Below are positions 1-8,087 of a DNA stretch of 64,000 nucleotides, one piece after another. Origin of the DNA: an uncultured Clostridia bacterium (GTDB lineage Bacteria; Bacillota; Clostridia; Christensenellales; CAG-917); assembly GCA_934277645.1 (NCBI GenBank), contig CAKQUX010000006.1, forward strand, positions 11,576 through 75,575, given 5' to 3'. Position numbers and translations under genes: made by a program. The notes under the pieces were generated by a model. That model did no database searches. It worked only from the letters and a program-made list of their open reading frames with translations, and was not told the DNA's origin. The stretch's first letter is position 1. Every line of letters starts with the position of its first letter.

Positions 1-682
1 CTGCCTTAATTTTCGCCAGACGCAGGAATACGAATACCATAGCGAGAACGCAGCTTATTCCTTGACAAATAAACGTTGCCCAAGCAACGCCCGCCACGCC
101 CATTTTGAACACGGTGACGAAAAGCACGTCCATTCCGATGTTTGCGGTAGACGATGCGGCAAGGAATATGAAAGGCGTTTTGGAATCGCCGAGAGCGGAG
201 AAAATACCCGTTGCGATGTTATAAAGCAATACGAAAGGAAGTCCCCAAACGTAAATGTCGAGATACAAGACCGAATCGGCAAGTATTTCGTCGGGGGTGT
301 TTATGACTTTCAATATGAGTTTTGAACAGGTCAGTCCTATGGCCATAAGAACAACGCACAAAACGGCGGATGAAATCAACGTCGTGTAGACGGCGGTTTT
401 CAGGTCGGTGTAATTTTTTGCACCGAACAGTCGCGATACGATGACCGAGCATCCTATATTGCACCCGAAAGCGAATGCCAAGAATATAAGGGTGATTTCG
501 TAGCTGTTTCCGACTGCCGCAAGTGCGTTTTCGCCGATGAAAAGCCCCGCTACAAGGCTGTCTGCCAAATTGTAAAGTTGTTGAAATATTACGCTGCCCA
601 AAAGCGGCAAGCAGAACTTCCATAAAACCGAAGCAGGCTTGCCGACCGTAAGGTCGACGTTCATCGATTTTTCTTTAGTCAT
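1..682 (-). CDS. MATE family efflux transporter, N-terminal part (gene continues past window start)
   Basis: Open minus-strand frame from ATG at 682-680, absent from the ORF track because it has no stop in the window. My translation is MTKEKSMNVDLTVGKPASVLWKFCLPLLGSVIFQQLYNLADSLVAGLFIGENALAAVGNSYEITLIFLAFAFGCNIGCSVIVSRLFGAK... It is multi-TM with a MATE-like N-terminal signature. Track ORFs 55-282, 62-325 and 219-623 are off-frame fragments of it. Confidence 0.8.
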   Translation of the reverse strand, partial: MTKEKSMNVDLTVGKPASVLWKFCLPLLGSVIFQQLYNLADSLVAGLFIGENALAAVGNSYEITLIFLAFAFGCNIGCSVIVSRLFGAKNYTDLKTAVYTTLISSAVLCVVLMAIGLTCSKLILKVINTPDEILADSVLYLDIYVWGLPFVLLYNIATGIFSALGDSKTPFIFLAASSTANIGMDVLFVTVFKMGVAGVAWATFICQGISCVLAMVFVFLRLAKIKA

Positions 683-1034
683 ATTTAAATTTTAGTCCTT
701 TTGTTTTTGCAAATCAAGCAAAATCGAGGTGTAAAAAAAGTAAAACAATGACAATAATTTTTTGGTTTATGTCGCGCTGTCAGCTATGCAAACTGTTATC
801 GTGAAATATTATGAATAATTAGAAATAATAGTGTAAATGCATAATCAAAATAAACGACTTAGCATAATTAGCATATTAGCATAAAAATAAATACATTACT
901 TAACTAAAATTAAGTATTAAAAATAATGTGTAGAGTTTGAATAGCAAACGGCAATACGAAAAAAATGATTAAATAAGCATTCTTAATCCCGATAAAAAAA
1001 TCGATAAAAATCAGTTTAAATTTTTAAAAAATAC

Positions 1035-1063
1035 TTGACAGCTTAAAGGGGCGGTGATAGTAT
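1035..1063 (+). promoter_or_regulatory. sigma-A type promoter of the T-box/trpB2 unit
   Basis: TTGACA 1035-1040, 17-nt spacer, TAGTAT 1058-1063, TG at 1055-1056 (extended -10). Confidence 0.7.
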
Positions 1064-1069
1064 GTGTGT

Positions 1070-1336
1070 AATAAGAAAACCGTTGAAAAAGAGGAAGTAA
1101 CTTAAATAAAGCTCCGATACAGAGAGCCGTCGATGATGAGAATACGGCACGGAAAGTTTAAGCGAATGGGCTTTTGAGGGCAAACCGAACCGAAAGGTAG
1201 GGGCGACGGGTACGCACCGTTACAGCGTCGGGATATGATAGTATCCAATGAGTGGGCGAAATTTTTTCGTCAAGCAGGGTGGCACCGCAGAGATTTCACA
1301 CCTCTGTCCCGGCATAGGGATAGAGGTGTTTTTTAT
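1070..1336 (+). promoter_or_regulatory. T-box leader RNA, predicted tryptophan specificity, ending in an intrinsic terminator
   Basis: AGAGAG box 1121-1126; candidate specifier GAA-UGG-G with UGG at 1167-1169; CCGTTA (F-box-like) 1217-1222; T-box core GGGTGGCACCGC 1277-1288. Terminator stem 1299-1310 / 1317-1328 followed by T-run 1329-1335. CAGAG 1288-1292 can pair with CTCTG 1302-1306 (antiterminator alternative). Lies directly upstream of a tryptophan synthase beta-like gene. Confidence 0.85.
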
Positions 1337-1487
1337 TGTCTAAACTAATTGTTAAGAACGGCTAAGCAATCGAGCAAAATAAGTTAAGTCACGGCGGCAA
1401 AAGAAGTTAGCGACGATTGCGTCTACCGAGATTTACGGTTGGGAAAGGACAATGAAATGCAAATAAATTTAAAAGGAGAAAAAAAAT

Positions 1488-2861
1488 ATGGCAGAACAAA
1501 AAATACCTTACAAAATTTATCTTGAAGAAAGCGAGATGCCTAAGGCATGGTATAACGTTCGTAGCGATATGAAAACAAAACCGGCTCCGCTTCTTAATCC
1601 GGCAACCGGCAAACCTATGACGGCAGAAGAGCTCGGACACGTTTTTTGCGACGAACTCGTAGCGCAAGAACTTAACAACGACGACAGATATATCGAAATA
1701 CCCGAAGAGATAAGAGCGTTTTACAAAATGTATCGTCCGTCGCCTCTTGTCAGAGCGTATTGTCTTGAAGAAAAACTTAAAACGCCTGCCAAGATTTATT
1801 ATAAATTTGAAGGCAACAACACGTCCGGAAGCCACAAGCTTAACAGTGCGATAGCTCAAGCGTATTACGCCAAAAAGCAAGGCTTGAAAGGCGTAACGAC
1901 CGAAACTGGGGCAGGACAATGGGGCACGGCTCTTTCGATGGCTTGCGCATATTTGGGACTTGACTGCAAAGTCTATATGGTAAAGTGCAGTTATGAACAA
2001 AAACCGTTCCGTCGTGAAGTCATGAGAACTTACGGCGCATCGGTTACACCGTCACCGTCAGCCGAAACTGAAGTAGGAAGAAAAATTCTTGCCGAACATC
2101 CAAACACAAACGGAAGCCTCGGTTGCGCGATTTCGGAAGCTGTCGAAACTGCAACAAAACTTGACGGTTATCGCTACGTTTTGGGAAGCGTTTTAAACCA
2201 AGTATTGCTTCATCAATCGATAATCGGTCTCGAAACAAAAGCGGCTCTTGACAAATACGGCGTAAAACCTGACATTATCATCGGTTGCGCGGGAGGCGGT
2301 TCCAACCTTGGCGGACTTATTTCTCCGTTTATGGGCGAAAAACTCCGTGGCGAAGCTGACTATCGCTTTATTGCAGTTGAGCCTGCGTCTTGTCCGTCCT
2401 TTACTCGCGGCAAATATGCATACGATTTTTGCGATACGGGTGCTGTTTGTCCGCTCGCAAAAATGTATACTTTGGGTTCGCAATTTATTCCTTCAGCGAG
2501 CCACGCAGGCGGTCTTCGCTACCACGGAATGAGTTCGACGCTTTCCGAGCTTTATGACGAAGGACTTATGGAAGCTCGTTCGGTTAAACAAACGGAAGTT
2601 TTTGAAGCCGCCGAATACTTTGCAAGAGTCGAAGGTATTCTTCCTGCGCCGGAATCTAGTCACGCAATCAAAGTTGCAATGGACGAAGCAATCAAATGTC
2701 GCGAAACGGGCGAAGAAAAGACAATCGTGTTCGGACTTACGGGAACGGGTTATTTCGATATGGTTGCTTACGGCAAGTTCAATGACGGTCAAATGGGCGA
2801 TTATATTCCGACCGATGCCGAAATCGAAGAATCACTCAAAAAATTGCCTAAAATCGGCTGA
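1488..2861 (+). CDS. trpB: TrpB2-type tryptophan synthase beta chain (stand-alone PLP enzyme)
   Basis: 457 aa, RBS AAAGGAGAA upstream. Motifs YRPSPLVRA, NTSGSHKLNSAIAQAYYAKKQG, TTETGAGQWGTALSMACA and EQKPFRREVMRTYGASV are typical of the long TrpB2 subfamily. Confidence 0.9.
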   Translation: MAEQKIPYKIYLEESEMPKAWYNVRSDMKTKPAPLLNPATGKPMTAEELGHVFCDELVAQELNNDDRYIEIPEEIRAFYKMYRPSPLVRAYCLEEKLKTPAKIYYKFEGNNTSGSHKLNSAIAQAYYAKKQGLKGVTTETGAGQWGTALSMACAYLGLDCKVYMVKCSYEQKPFRREVMRTYGASVTPSPSAETEVGRKILAEHPNTNGSLGCAISEAVETATKLDGYRYVLGSVLNQVLLHQSIIGLETKAALDKYGVKPDIIIGCAGGGSNLGGLISPFMGEKLRGEADYRFIAVEPASCPSFTRGKYAYDFCDTGAVCPLAKMYTLGSQFIPSASHAGGLRYHGMSSTLSELYDEGLMEARSVKQTEVFEAAEYFARVEGILPAPESSHAIKVAMDEAIKCRETGEEKTIVFGLTGTGYFDMVAYGKFNDGQMGDYIPTDAEIEESLKKLPKIG

Positions 2862-2970
2862 ATGACGATTAAAGATGATATTAAATGAAATATTATTCGT
2901 TGATATGAAAAACGTGCGGCGCAATCAAGGCTTAGCGGAATAGACGTCGCAAAACGGCAAAAAATCAAAC

Positions 2971-3037
2971 AAAAAAGGTGTCAAATTTGCTCAAATTATG
3001 CCTGAAAACAGGCGGCAAACGTTTGACACCTTTTTTT
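2971..3037 (+). terminator. large hairpin terminator after trpB2 (A-tract + stem + T-tract)
   Basis: AAAAAAGGTGTCAAA 2971-2985 pairs with TTTGACACCTTTTTTT 3022-3037. An inner small hairpin CCTG-AAAA-CAGG sits at 3001-3012. The 3' arm also carries the rplU -35. Confidence 0.65.
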
Positions 3038-3051
3038 CGTTATGGTAAACT
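3023..3051 (+). promoter_or_regulatory. sigma-A promoter of the rplU-prp-rpmA operon
   Basis: TTGACA 3023-3028, 17-nt spacer, TAAACT 3046-3051 with TG at 3043-3044. Confidence 0.65.
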
Positions 3052-3135
3052 AATAGTCGAGCCGCACGGGAGTGGTTTTTTAAGTATGCACGGCATCACC
3101 TAAGCTCGGCGAGACTGGTTAGAGGAGGTAAACAA

Positions 3136-3435
3136 ATGTACGCAATTATTGAAACAGGCGGCAAGCAATACAAGGTTGAAAAAGATATGCTCGTTAAGGT
3201 TGAAAAACTCAACGCTGAAGTCGGAGCAACTGTCGAACTCGACGCTTTGATGCTTGTTGACGACAAGGGTCAAGTCAAGACCGGAGCGAAAGTCGGCAAA
3301 GTTACGGCTACCGTAAACAAGCAAGACAAAGCAGCAAAAGTTTTGGTTTGTCACTACAAGTCAAAGAAGCAAATCAGAAAGCGTCAAGGTCATCGTCAAC
3401 CTTATACAGAACTTAAAATAGTTTCTATCGGTTAA
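3136..3435 (+). CDS. rplU: 50S ribosomal protein L21
   Basis: 99 aa, MYAIIETGGKQYKVEKD..., GAGGAGG RBS, first gene of the conserved L21-Prp-L27 operon. Confidence 0.97.
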   Translation: MYAIIETGGKQYKVEKDMLVKVEKLNAEVGATVELDALMLVDDKGQVKTGAKVGKVTATVNKQDKAAKVLVCHYKSKKQIRKRQGHRQPYTELKIVSIG

Positions 3436-3436
3436 T

Positions 3437-3778
3437 ATGACTACGATTAGATTTTTTAAAAAAGACGATTTTATTACGGCTGTCGAATGTGAGGGACATA
3501 CAGGCTATGACGTCGAAGGATATGACGTCGTTTGCGCCGCCCTTAGTTCTATCGTTCAGACGGCGGTCTTGGGACTTATGCAAATTGCTCAAATAAACGT
3601 TGAGTACAAAGTCCGCGAAAAAGACGGCTATTTGTTGGTCAAACTTCCTAAGGAGATGACCGAAGTCGAAAAACACGACAGCGACGTCATTTTAAAAACT
3701 CTGCTCTTAGGGGCGTCCGACCTCTATGAAGGCTTTTCGGACTATATCAATTTGGAGGTTAAAAACAATGTTCATTAA
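3437..3778 (+). CDS. prp: ribosomal-processing cysteine protease Prp
   Basis: 113 aa located between rplU and rpmA. Motif [24 protein letters not shown] carries the His/Cys dyad region typical of Prp (YsxB). Confidence 0.9.
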   Translation: MTTIRFFKKDDFITAVECEGHTGYDVEGYDVVCAALSSIVQTAVLGLMQIAQINVEYKVREKDGYLLVKLPKEMTEVEKHDSDVILKTLLLGASDLYEGFSDYINLEVKNNVH

Positions 3779-4052
3779 GATTCAATTGTTTGCTCATAAA
3801 AAAGGTGTCGGTTCATCGAGAAACGGTCGTGACAGCGCATCAAAAAGACTTGGTATCAAGCGCGCTGACGGTCAATTTGTTCTTGCCGGAAATATCTTAG
3901 TTCGTCAAAGAGGAACGAAATTCCACGCAGGCAACAACGTAGGTATCGGAAGCGATGACACTTTGTTTGCTTTGATTGACGGCGTCGTAAGATTCGAACG
4001 TTTCGGAAAAGATTCAAAGAAAGTGAGCGTTTACGAAAAAGAAGCAAAATAA
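3768..4052 (+). CDS. rpmA: 50S ribosomal protein L27 with N-terminal propeptide
   Basis: Start moved to ATG 3768 (GGAGG at 3754-3758). Sequence is [29 protein letters not shown]..., so the Prp cleavage context (F/A-x-KKG) is present. The track start 3726 is an upstream in-frame extension. Confidence 0.95.
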   Translation: MFIKIQLFAHKKGVGSSRNGRDSASKRLGIKRADGQFVLAGNILVRQRGTKFHAGNNVGIGSDDTLFALIDGVVRFERFGKDSKKVSVYEKEAK

Positions 4053-4091
4053 CGATTGCTTGAGCAAAACGGTTAAACAAATTTAAAAGAA

Positions 4092-4117
4092 ATCACGACT
4101 AAGTCGTGATTTTTTTA
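4092..4117 (+). terminator. intrinsic terminator of the rplU operon
   Basis: ATCACGAC 4092-4099 / GTCGTGAT 4103-4110, then T-run 4111-4116. Confidence 0.85.
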
Positions 4118-4262
4118 TATTATATTGATTTTAAATCGGAATTTACCAATTTTTTAGATTGTTTTATGTATGAAATGACATTTAAACCTATTTTATGTTT
4201 ACATTATCTTTTAACTGAAGTTGTTACGAATAAAAAATTTAATAGTTAAAAGCTATAATGCG

Positions 4263-4298
4263 ATTGTCTGACTTTGTCGAAATTTGTCTTGTTTTGTC
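4263..4298 (+). repeat. four helically phased (T)TTGTC direct repeats upstream of the GLUG protein gene
   Basis: aTTGTC 4263-4268, TTTGTC 4273-4278, 4283-4288 and 4293-4298. The period is exactly 10 bp. They lie just downstream of a TATAAT at 4254-4259. Confidence 0.7.
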
Positions 4299-4365
4299 GG
4301 ATATGTTTCTTAAAACTATTTTTATGTTAGACTGATTTTAATAAATGAAAAAGGAGAGAACTATT

Positions 4366-7300
4366 ATGAGAAGCACAATTGTAAATTTCAGAACTGTAAC
4401 AATTTGCGTATTGGTTGTCTGTTTGTTGTTGACGGTGTTATTCGGCATTTTATTCAGCGAAATAGCGATCGCTTTTGCTGATGAAGCCCAGCCTACACTT
4501 GAAGAACTTGCAGAAAGCTATACGCGCTCAGATGAGTTTAGTTTTGGCGGTGAAACTAAAACTATTCAGGATTATAAGAATTCATTGACGAATTCGACTA
4601 TCGGCTTATACGGAGTCAATAACAATTATAACTACGTAACAAATACATACACGATAACAGGAGATGACCCTATTGTAAACATAATTCCTAAGAATTATTT
4701 CTATACGGTAGGAAAACATTGCTATATCGGCGAGCAATACGGTTTTTTTGTCGATACCGTTGCAGAGACATATGGCAATAAGACGTCGGTTGTATTGCTG
4801 TTTGATATTACTCCTAACGTAGATTATCTAAACAACAACAGCAATATTCAATTTACCGTGCAGCCGTTGTTTGAAAGGCGATATACTTATGCGCTTGCGG
4901 GAAATAGTTCGTTGACGTTGTATACTCCTTCAGGAACGGCTCAAAGCGTTTTTTTGTCGTACAATATTTCTAACAATTACGTAGTTCCTACTTTCACGAA
5001 AGAAAATACCAGCATACTTTATAGAGAAAGCGAAATGTATTCAATCGGTGACGTGTGTTTTGCGTCGAATATGTTCAATATCAATAATTTCAATTTACAA
5101 GACGGTGTTGTTGCATATAAGCCTCAACAAGATAAAGGAGCTTTTTTCGTAAACGGCGACGCTTTTTACTCGGGAGCCATTATCAAAAGACCGACCACGG
5201 GAGAGAGCGTAGATTTCTTTATCGATGTTTTATACGGCTGGTGTTTGGACGCAATACCGGGAGCAGGGATAGTAGGCGACTTGTTCTCATTTACGACAGG
5301 CGACGCAGTTGAAATTGCGTCTTTCTTCACGCCTAAACACGAGCAAGTGGGGCATACGCCGAGCGGCAGCGATTTTCCTGCGACTCGTGACGAACAAATA
5401 ACGAATTATGATAATTTGATTAAAACAGTATACTGCTTATGCAGAAACGACGAAGACAATACAACATATTTTTATTCGCCTGACCATTATGTAACAGGCA
5501 GCTTTAAAATTTCAAACACTTCGCCTAATGAGCCTGATTGGTACACGGCTTTGGAAAACCAGATTACTTTGAATATTTATAAAAGAAGTGACGGCACGTT
5601 GGTGAAAAAATCTTTGGGCAGCAGACATAGATACCGAATCGGACAACAACAAACCGAAGTCCTCGGCTTTGACATCGAAAAGCAGTATTATGTTTTGGCA
5701 GGAGAAGAACAAAACTTTGTCTTTACGCCACAATACACAGGATACTACAACGTCAATTTAAGTAACGGCGAAAACGTAACGACGCTATTAAACAATACGG
5801 TTGTTACCCAAGGCACAGAACTAAAACTTATTGCGGGTACGCAATATAATATTAAAATAAAGGCAAGCGAATCGGCTACTTCATACGGAAATATTTCCGT
5901 TTCGCCGAAAGTTTTGGACAATACTTCGCAGATATCGTTGGAGAGCGGTGAAGAACAAATAGTTAAATTGGGAATAATAGGCGCGACTATTAAAAATGCC
6001 GCTTTGACAAATTCAAACTGCAAGTTCTTATCGATAAAGAAAAGTTTAAACCAAGTTTTGGTCGATGACATTACGTTTACGACAGCGACGAACGAATTTG
6101 GCAATTTATTTACTTCAAATTCATATTATGCTGTATTGAAAAACTTTGCGGACAATGCCGTGACCACAAGTATTAGTTTCACCGACCCTACGACAATAAG
6201 TGACAATTCTATGGTTCACGTCACAACCGCGCCGAAATTTTATAAGTTTGTTGCGCCTGCCGCAAATTGCGCGATTGTATTTGAAGACGCCAAATTTAAT
6301 AGTAGTGGGGTTAAAATATACAACAATCAGTTTGCGTTGCAAAGTTATTATGTAAAAGCAAACGGTTTAGTGTGCGTTTACGGTTTGGTTCAAAATGCGC
6401 AATATACTATTTGTGTGCGTGACAACGGGGACGGAACCCTTTCACAAAATGCGGTTTCGCTAAAGCAGTTTGATACGGATTATTCTTGGAGAGTCATCGA
6501 GTACTCCCCCGATGGGACTCAGAAAACTAGCACGTTGACAGGTTATAAATATTTACTAAAGCAAGGGTACAGTTTAAAATTGCAATTGTTGATTCATGGT
6601 GAAGTGTTTTGTGAAACATTTGAAGATGTAAACCCACCGAATTTAACTAATTTTGATTTTAACCCTAATACAAACATGGTATACGTTAAAAACGATGTGC
6701 TTTTATCGGGTGAGATATTTACTTTGGTTCCTACTCAGTATAATTCTAGTTTGTTTGGTTCAATAAAACAATTTCACGTTTACCCGACTGTTGCGGCTCT
6801 ACCGAGTGTTACGATAAACAGCGCAAATAATAACTTTTATAGCGTAACAATCGGCAATATAAATGTCGATTTCAATGCTACGGTTGTTTTATATAAATAT
6901 GTACCATATTTTGACGACGTATTAGACGAAGGTAGCGTATTGATAAAGAACAACAACAGTTATACAGTGAAAAGTAACTTTGCTACAAAATTTCCTGTAT
7001 ATAGAATTGTCGTTTCAGATATAAAAAGCGCAGGCAAGGACAAAACATTTGTGTATTATGATGCCAACTTTAATGAAGTGTCGAAATTTAGCGTTACGGT
7101 AGAAACGGAAAACTATTTGTTCGACGGTGGGGACGGTTCAAGTTCAAATCCGTATTTAATAAGAACTGCAACTAGTTTAGCAAACATTAAATTTATGGAT
7201 AATTATCCAAACGCATATTATCTGCAAACCGCGACGATAAATATGAGTGCAGAATATTCGGTTAATCCGTTGAAAGATACGACGTTCAAAGGCGTGTACA

Positions 7301-7992
7301 ACGGAAACAAAAAGTTTATCAGTGTGCAATATGAAACGAATGGACAGCACTTGGGCGGTTTGTTTGATATCAATCAAGGCACAATTAAAAACACGTATGT
7401 TTTCATACATTTGTTAAAGAGCACGTCAACAAAAGCAGTTGTGGGTGGTCTTGTCGCAGTCAACGAAGGAATACTTGCCGATTGTAAGGCTTTGATAACA
7501 GCGACGAATACAGACCAAATAGTTGCAACTGCTCAAAAAGAGTCGGGGTGCGCAATCGGTGGTTTTGCCGGCATTAACGAATCGAGCGGTAAAATCAGAA
7601 ACTGCTGGGCAACGCTGAAAATAAACGGAAAAATCAATATCGGCGGTATAGCAGGGATAAACAAGGGACAAATAACAAAATGCACGTACAACGAAACGCT
7701 TACGATGGAAATAACTGCCGCAACGTATGTATTCGGCTATAACTCGGTAGGCTTTATTGCCGGCAGAAATACCTCAACGGGAACAATAAGCGGAAGCACG
7801 ATTTACAGCGCGCATATAGTAGCCGGAACGATCGGCTTTTTAATGGGCGCGATAGGAAAAGTAGCCGGAGTGTACGAAAACACAAGCGGTGTCGCAATCG
7901 ACAACAGATACAACACGACTAACTGCAGCATTGAGAGAAGTAGTAGCTTTATTTCAATCAACTCTACAGGCGCAACGGATTATAGCGACTAG
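4366..7992 (+). CDS. large secreted protein with C-terminal GLUG-motif repeat domain
   Basis: Start placed at ATG 4366 (AAGGAGAG 4351-4358); the track start 4345 is also possible. Signal peptide ends ...IAIAFA-DEAQ. The beta-rich middle has no recognisable domain. The C-terminal region has GGDGSSSNPYLIRTATSLANI followed by repeated GGLxxxNxGxIxN units (GGLFDINQGTIKN, VGGLVAVNEGILADC, IGGFAGINESSGKIRNC, IGGIAGINKGQITKC), typical of GLUG domains. No LPXTG sorting signal. Confidence 0.8.
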   Translation: MRSTIVNFRTVTICVLVVCLLLTVLFGILFSEIAIAFADEAQPTLEELAESYTRSDEFSFGGETKTIQDYKNSLTNSTIGLYGVNNNYNYVTNTYTITGDDPIVNIIPKNYFYTVGKHCYIGEQYGFFVDTVAETYGNKTSVVLLFDITPNVDYLNNNSNIQFTVQPLFERRYTYALAGNSSLTLYTPSGTAQSVFLSYNISNNYVVPTFTKENTSILYRESEMYSIGDVCFASNMFNINNFNLQDGVVAYKPQQDKGAFFVNGDAFYSGAIIKRPTTGESVDFFIDVLYGWCLDAIPGAGIVGDLFSFTTGDAVEIASFFTPKHEQVGHTPSGSDFPATRDEQITNYDNLIKTVYCLCRNDEDNTTYFYSPDHYVTGSFKISNTSPNEPDWYTALENQITLNIYKRSDGTLVKKSLGSRHRYRIGQQQTEVLGFDIEKQYYVLAGEEQNFVFTPQYTGYYNVNLSNGENVTTLLNNTVVTQGTELKLIAGTQYNIKIKASESATSYGNISVSPKVLDNTSQISLESGEEQIVKLGIIGATIKNAALTNSNCKFLSIKKSLNQVLVDDITFTTATNEFGNLFTSNSYYAVLKNFADNAVTTSISFTDPTTISDNSMVHVTTAPKFYKFVAPAANCAIVFEDAKFNSSGVKIYNNQFALQSYYVKANGLVCVYGLVQNAQYTICVRDNGDGTLSQNAVSLKQFDTDYSWRVIEYSPDGTQKTSTLTGYKYLLKQGYSLKLQLLIHGEVFCETFEDVNPPNLTNFDFNPNTNMVYVKNDVLLSGEIFTLVPTQYNSSLFGSIKQFHVYPTVAALPSVTINSANNNFYSVTIGNINVDFNATVVLYKYVPYFDDVLDEGSVLIKNNNSYTVKSNFATKFPVYRIVVSDIKSAGKDKTFVYYDANFNEVSKFSVTVETENYLFDGGDGSSSNPYLIRTATSLANIKFMDNYPNAYYLQTATINMSAEYSVNPLKDTTFKGVYNGNKKFISVQYETNGQHLGGLFDINQGTIKNTYVFIHLLKSTSTKAVVGGLVAVNEGILADCKALITATNTDQIVATAQKESGCAIGGFAGINESSGKIRNCWATLKINGKINIGGIAGINKGQITKCTYNETLTMEITAATYVFGYNSVGFIAGRNTSTGTISGSTIYSAHIVAGTIGFLMGAIGKVAGVYENTSGVAIDNRYNTTNCSIERSSSFISINSTGATDYSD

Positions 7993-8001
7993 GATAAAAA
8001 A

Positions 8002-8030
8002 TTGACTTATTTCCCAGAAAATGGTATATT
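8002..8030 (+). promoter_or_regulatory. sigma-A promoter of lipoprotein gene 8088
   Basis: TTGACT 8002-8007, 17-nt spacer, TATATT 8025-8030, TG at 8022-8023. A perfect 8-bp hairpin GGAGCTTA-TGC-TAAGCTCC at 8043-8061 would sit at the 5' end of the mRNA. Confidence 0.65.
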
Positions 8031-8087
8031 GAAATAGAGGGGGGAGCTTATGCTAAGCTCCTATGAAAAAACGGGAGGAATTAGGTT

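Noticed and set aside
1407-2000. 197-aa minus-strand ORF and other ORFs inside trpB2
   Set aside because: They are antisense or off-frame to the TrpB2 gene.
3052-3125. Ribosomal-protein L21 leader RNA upstream of rplU
   Set aside because: Position and length (about 85 nt between the -10 and the RBS) fit, and TCGAGC 3057-3062 can pair with GCTCGG 3104-3109. I cannot verify the family consensus or structure by eye, so it is not listed as a feature. A covariance-model scan would settle it.
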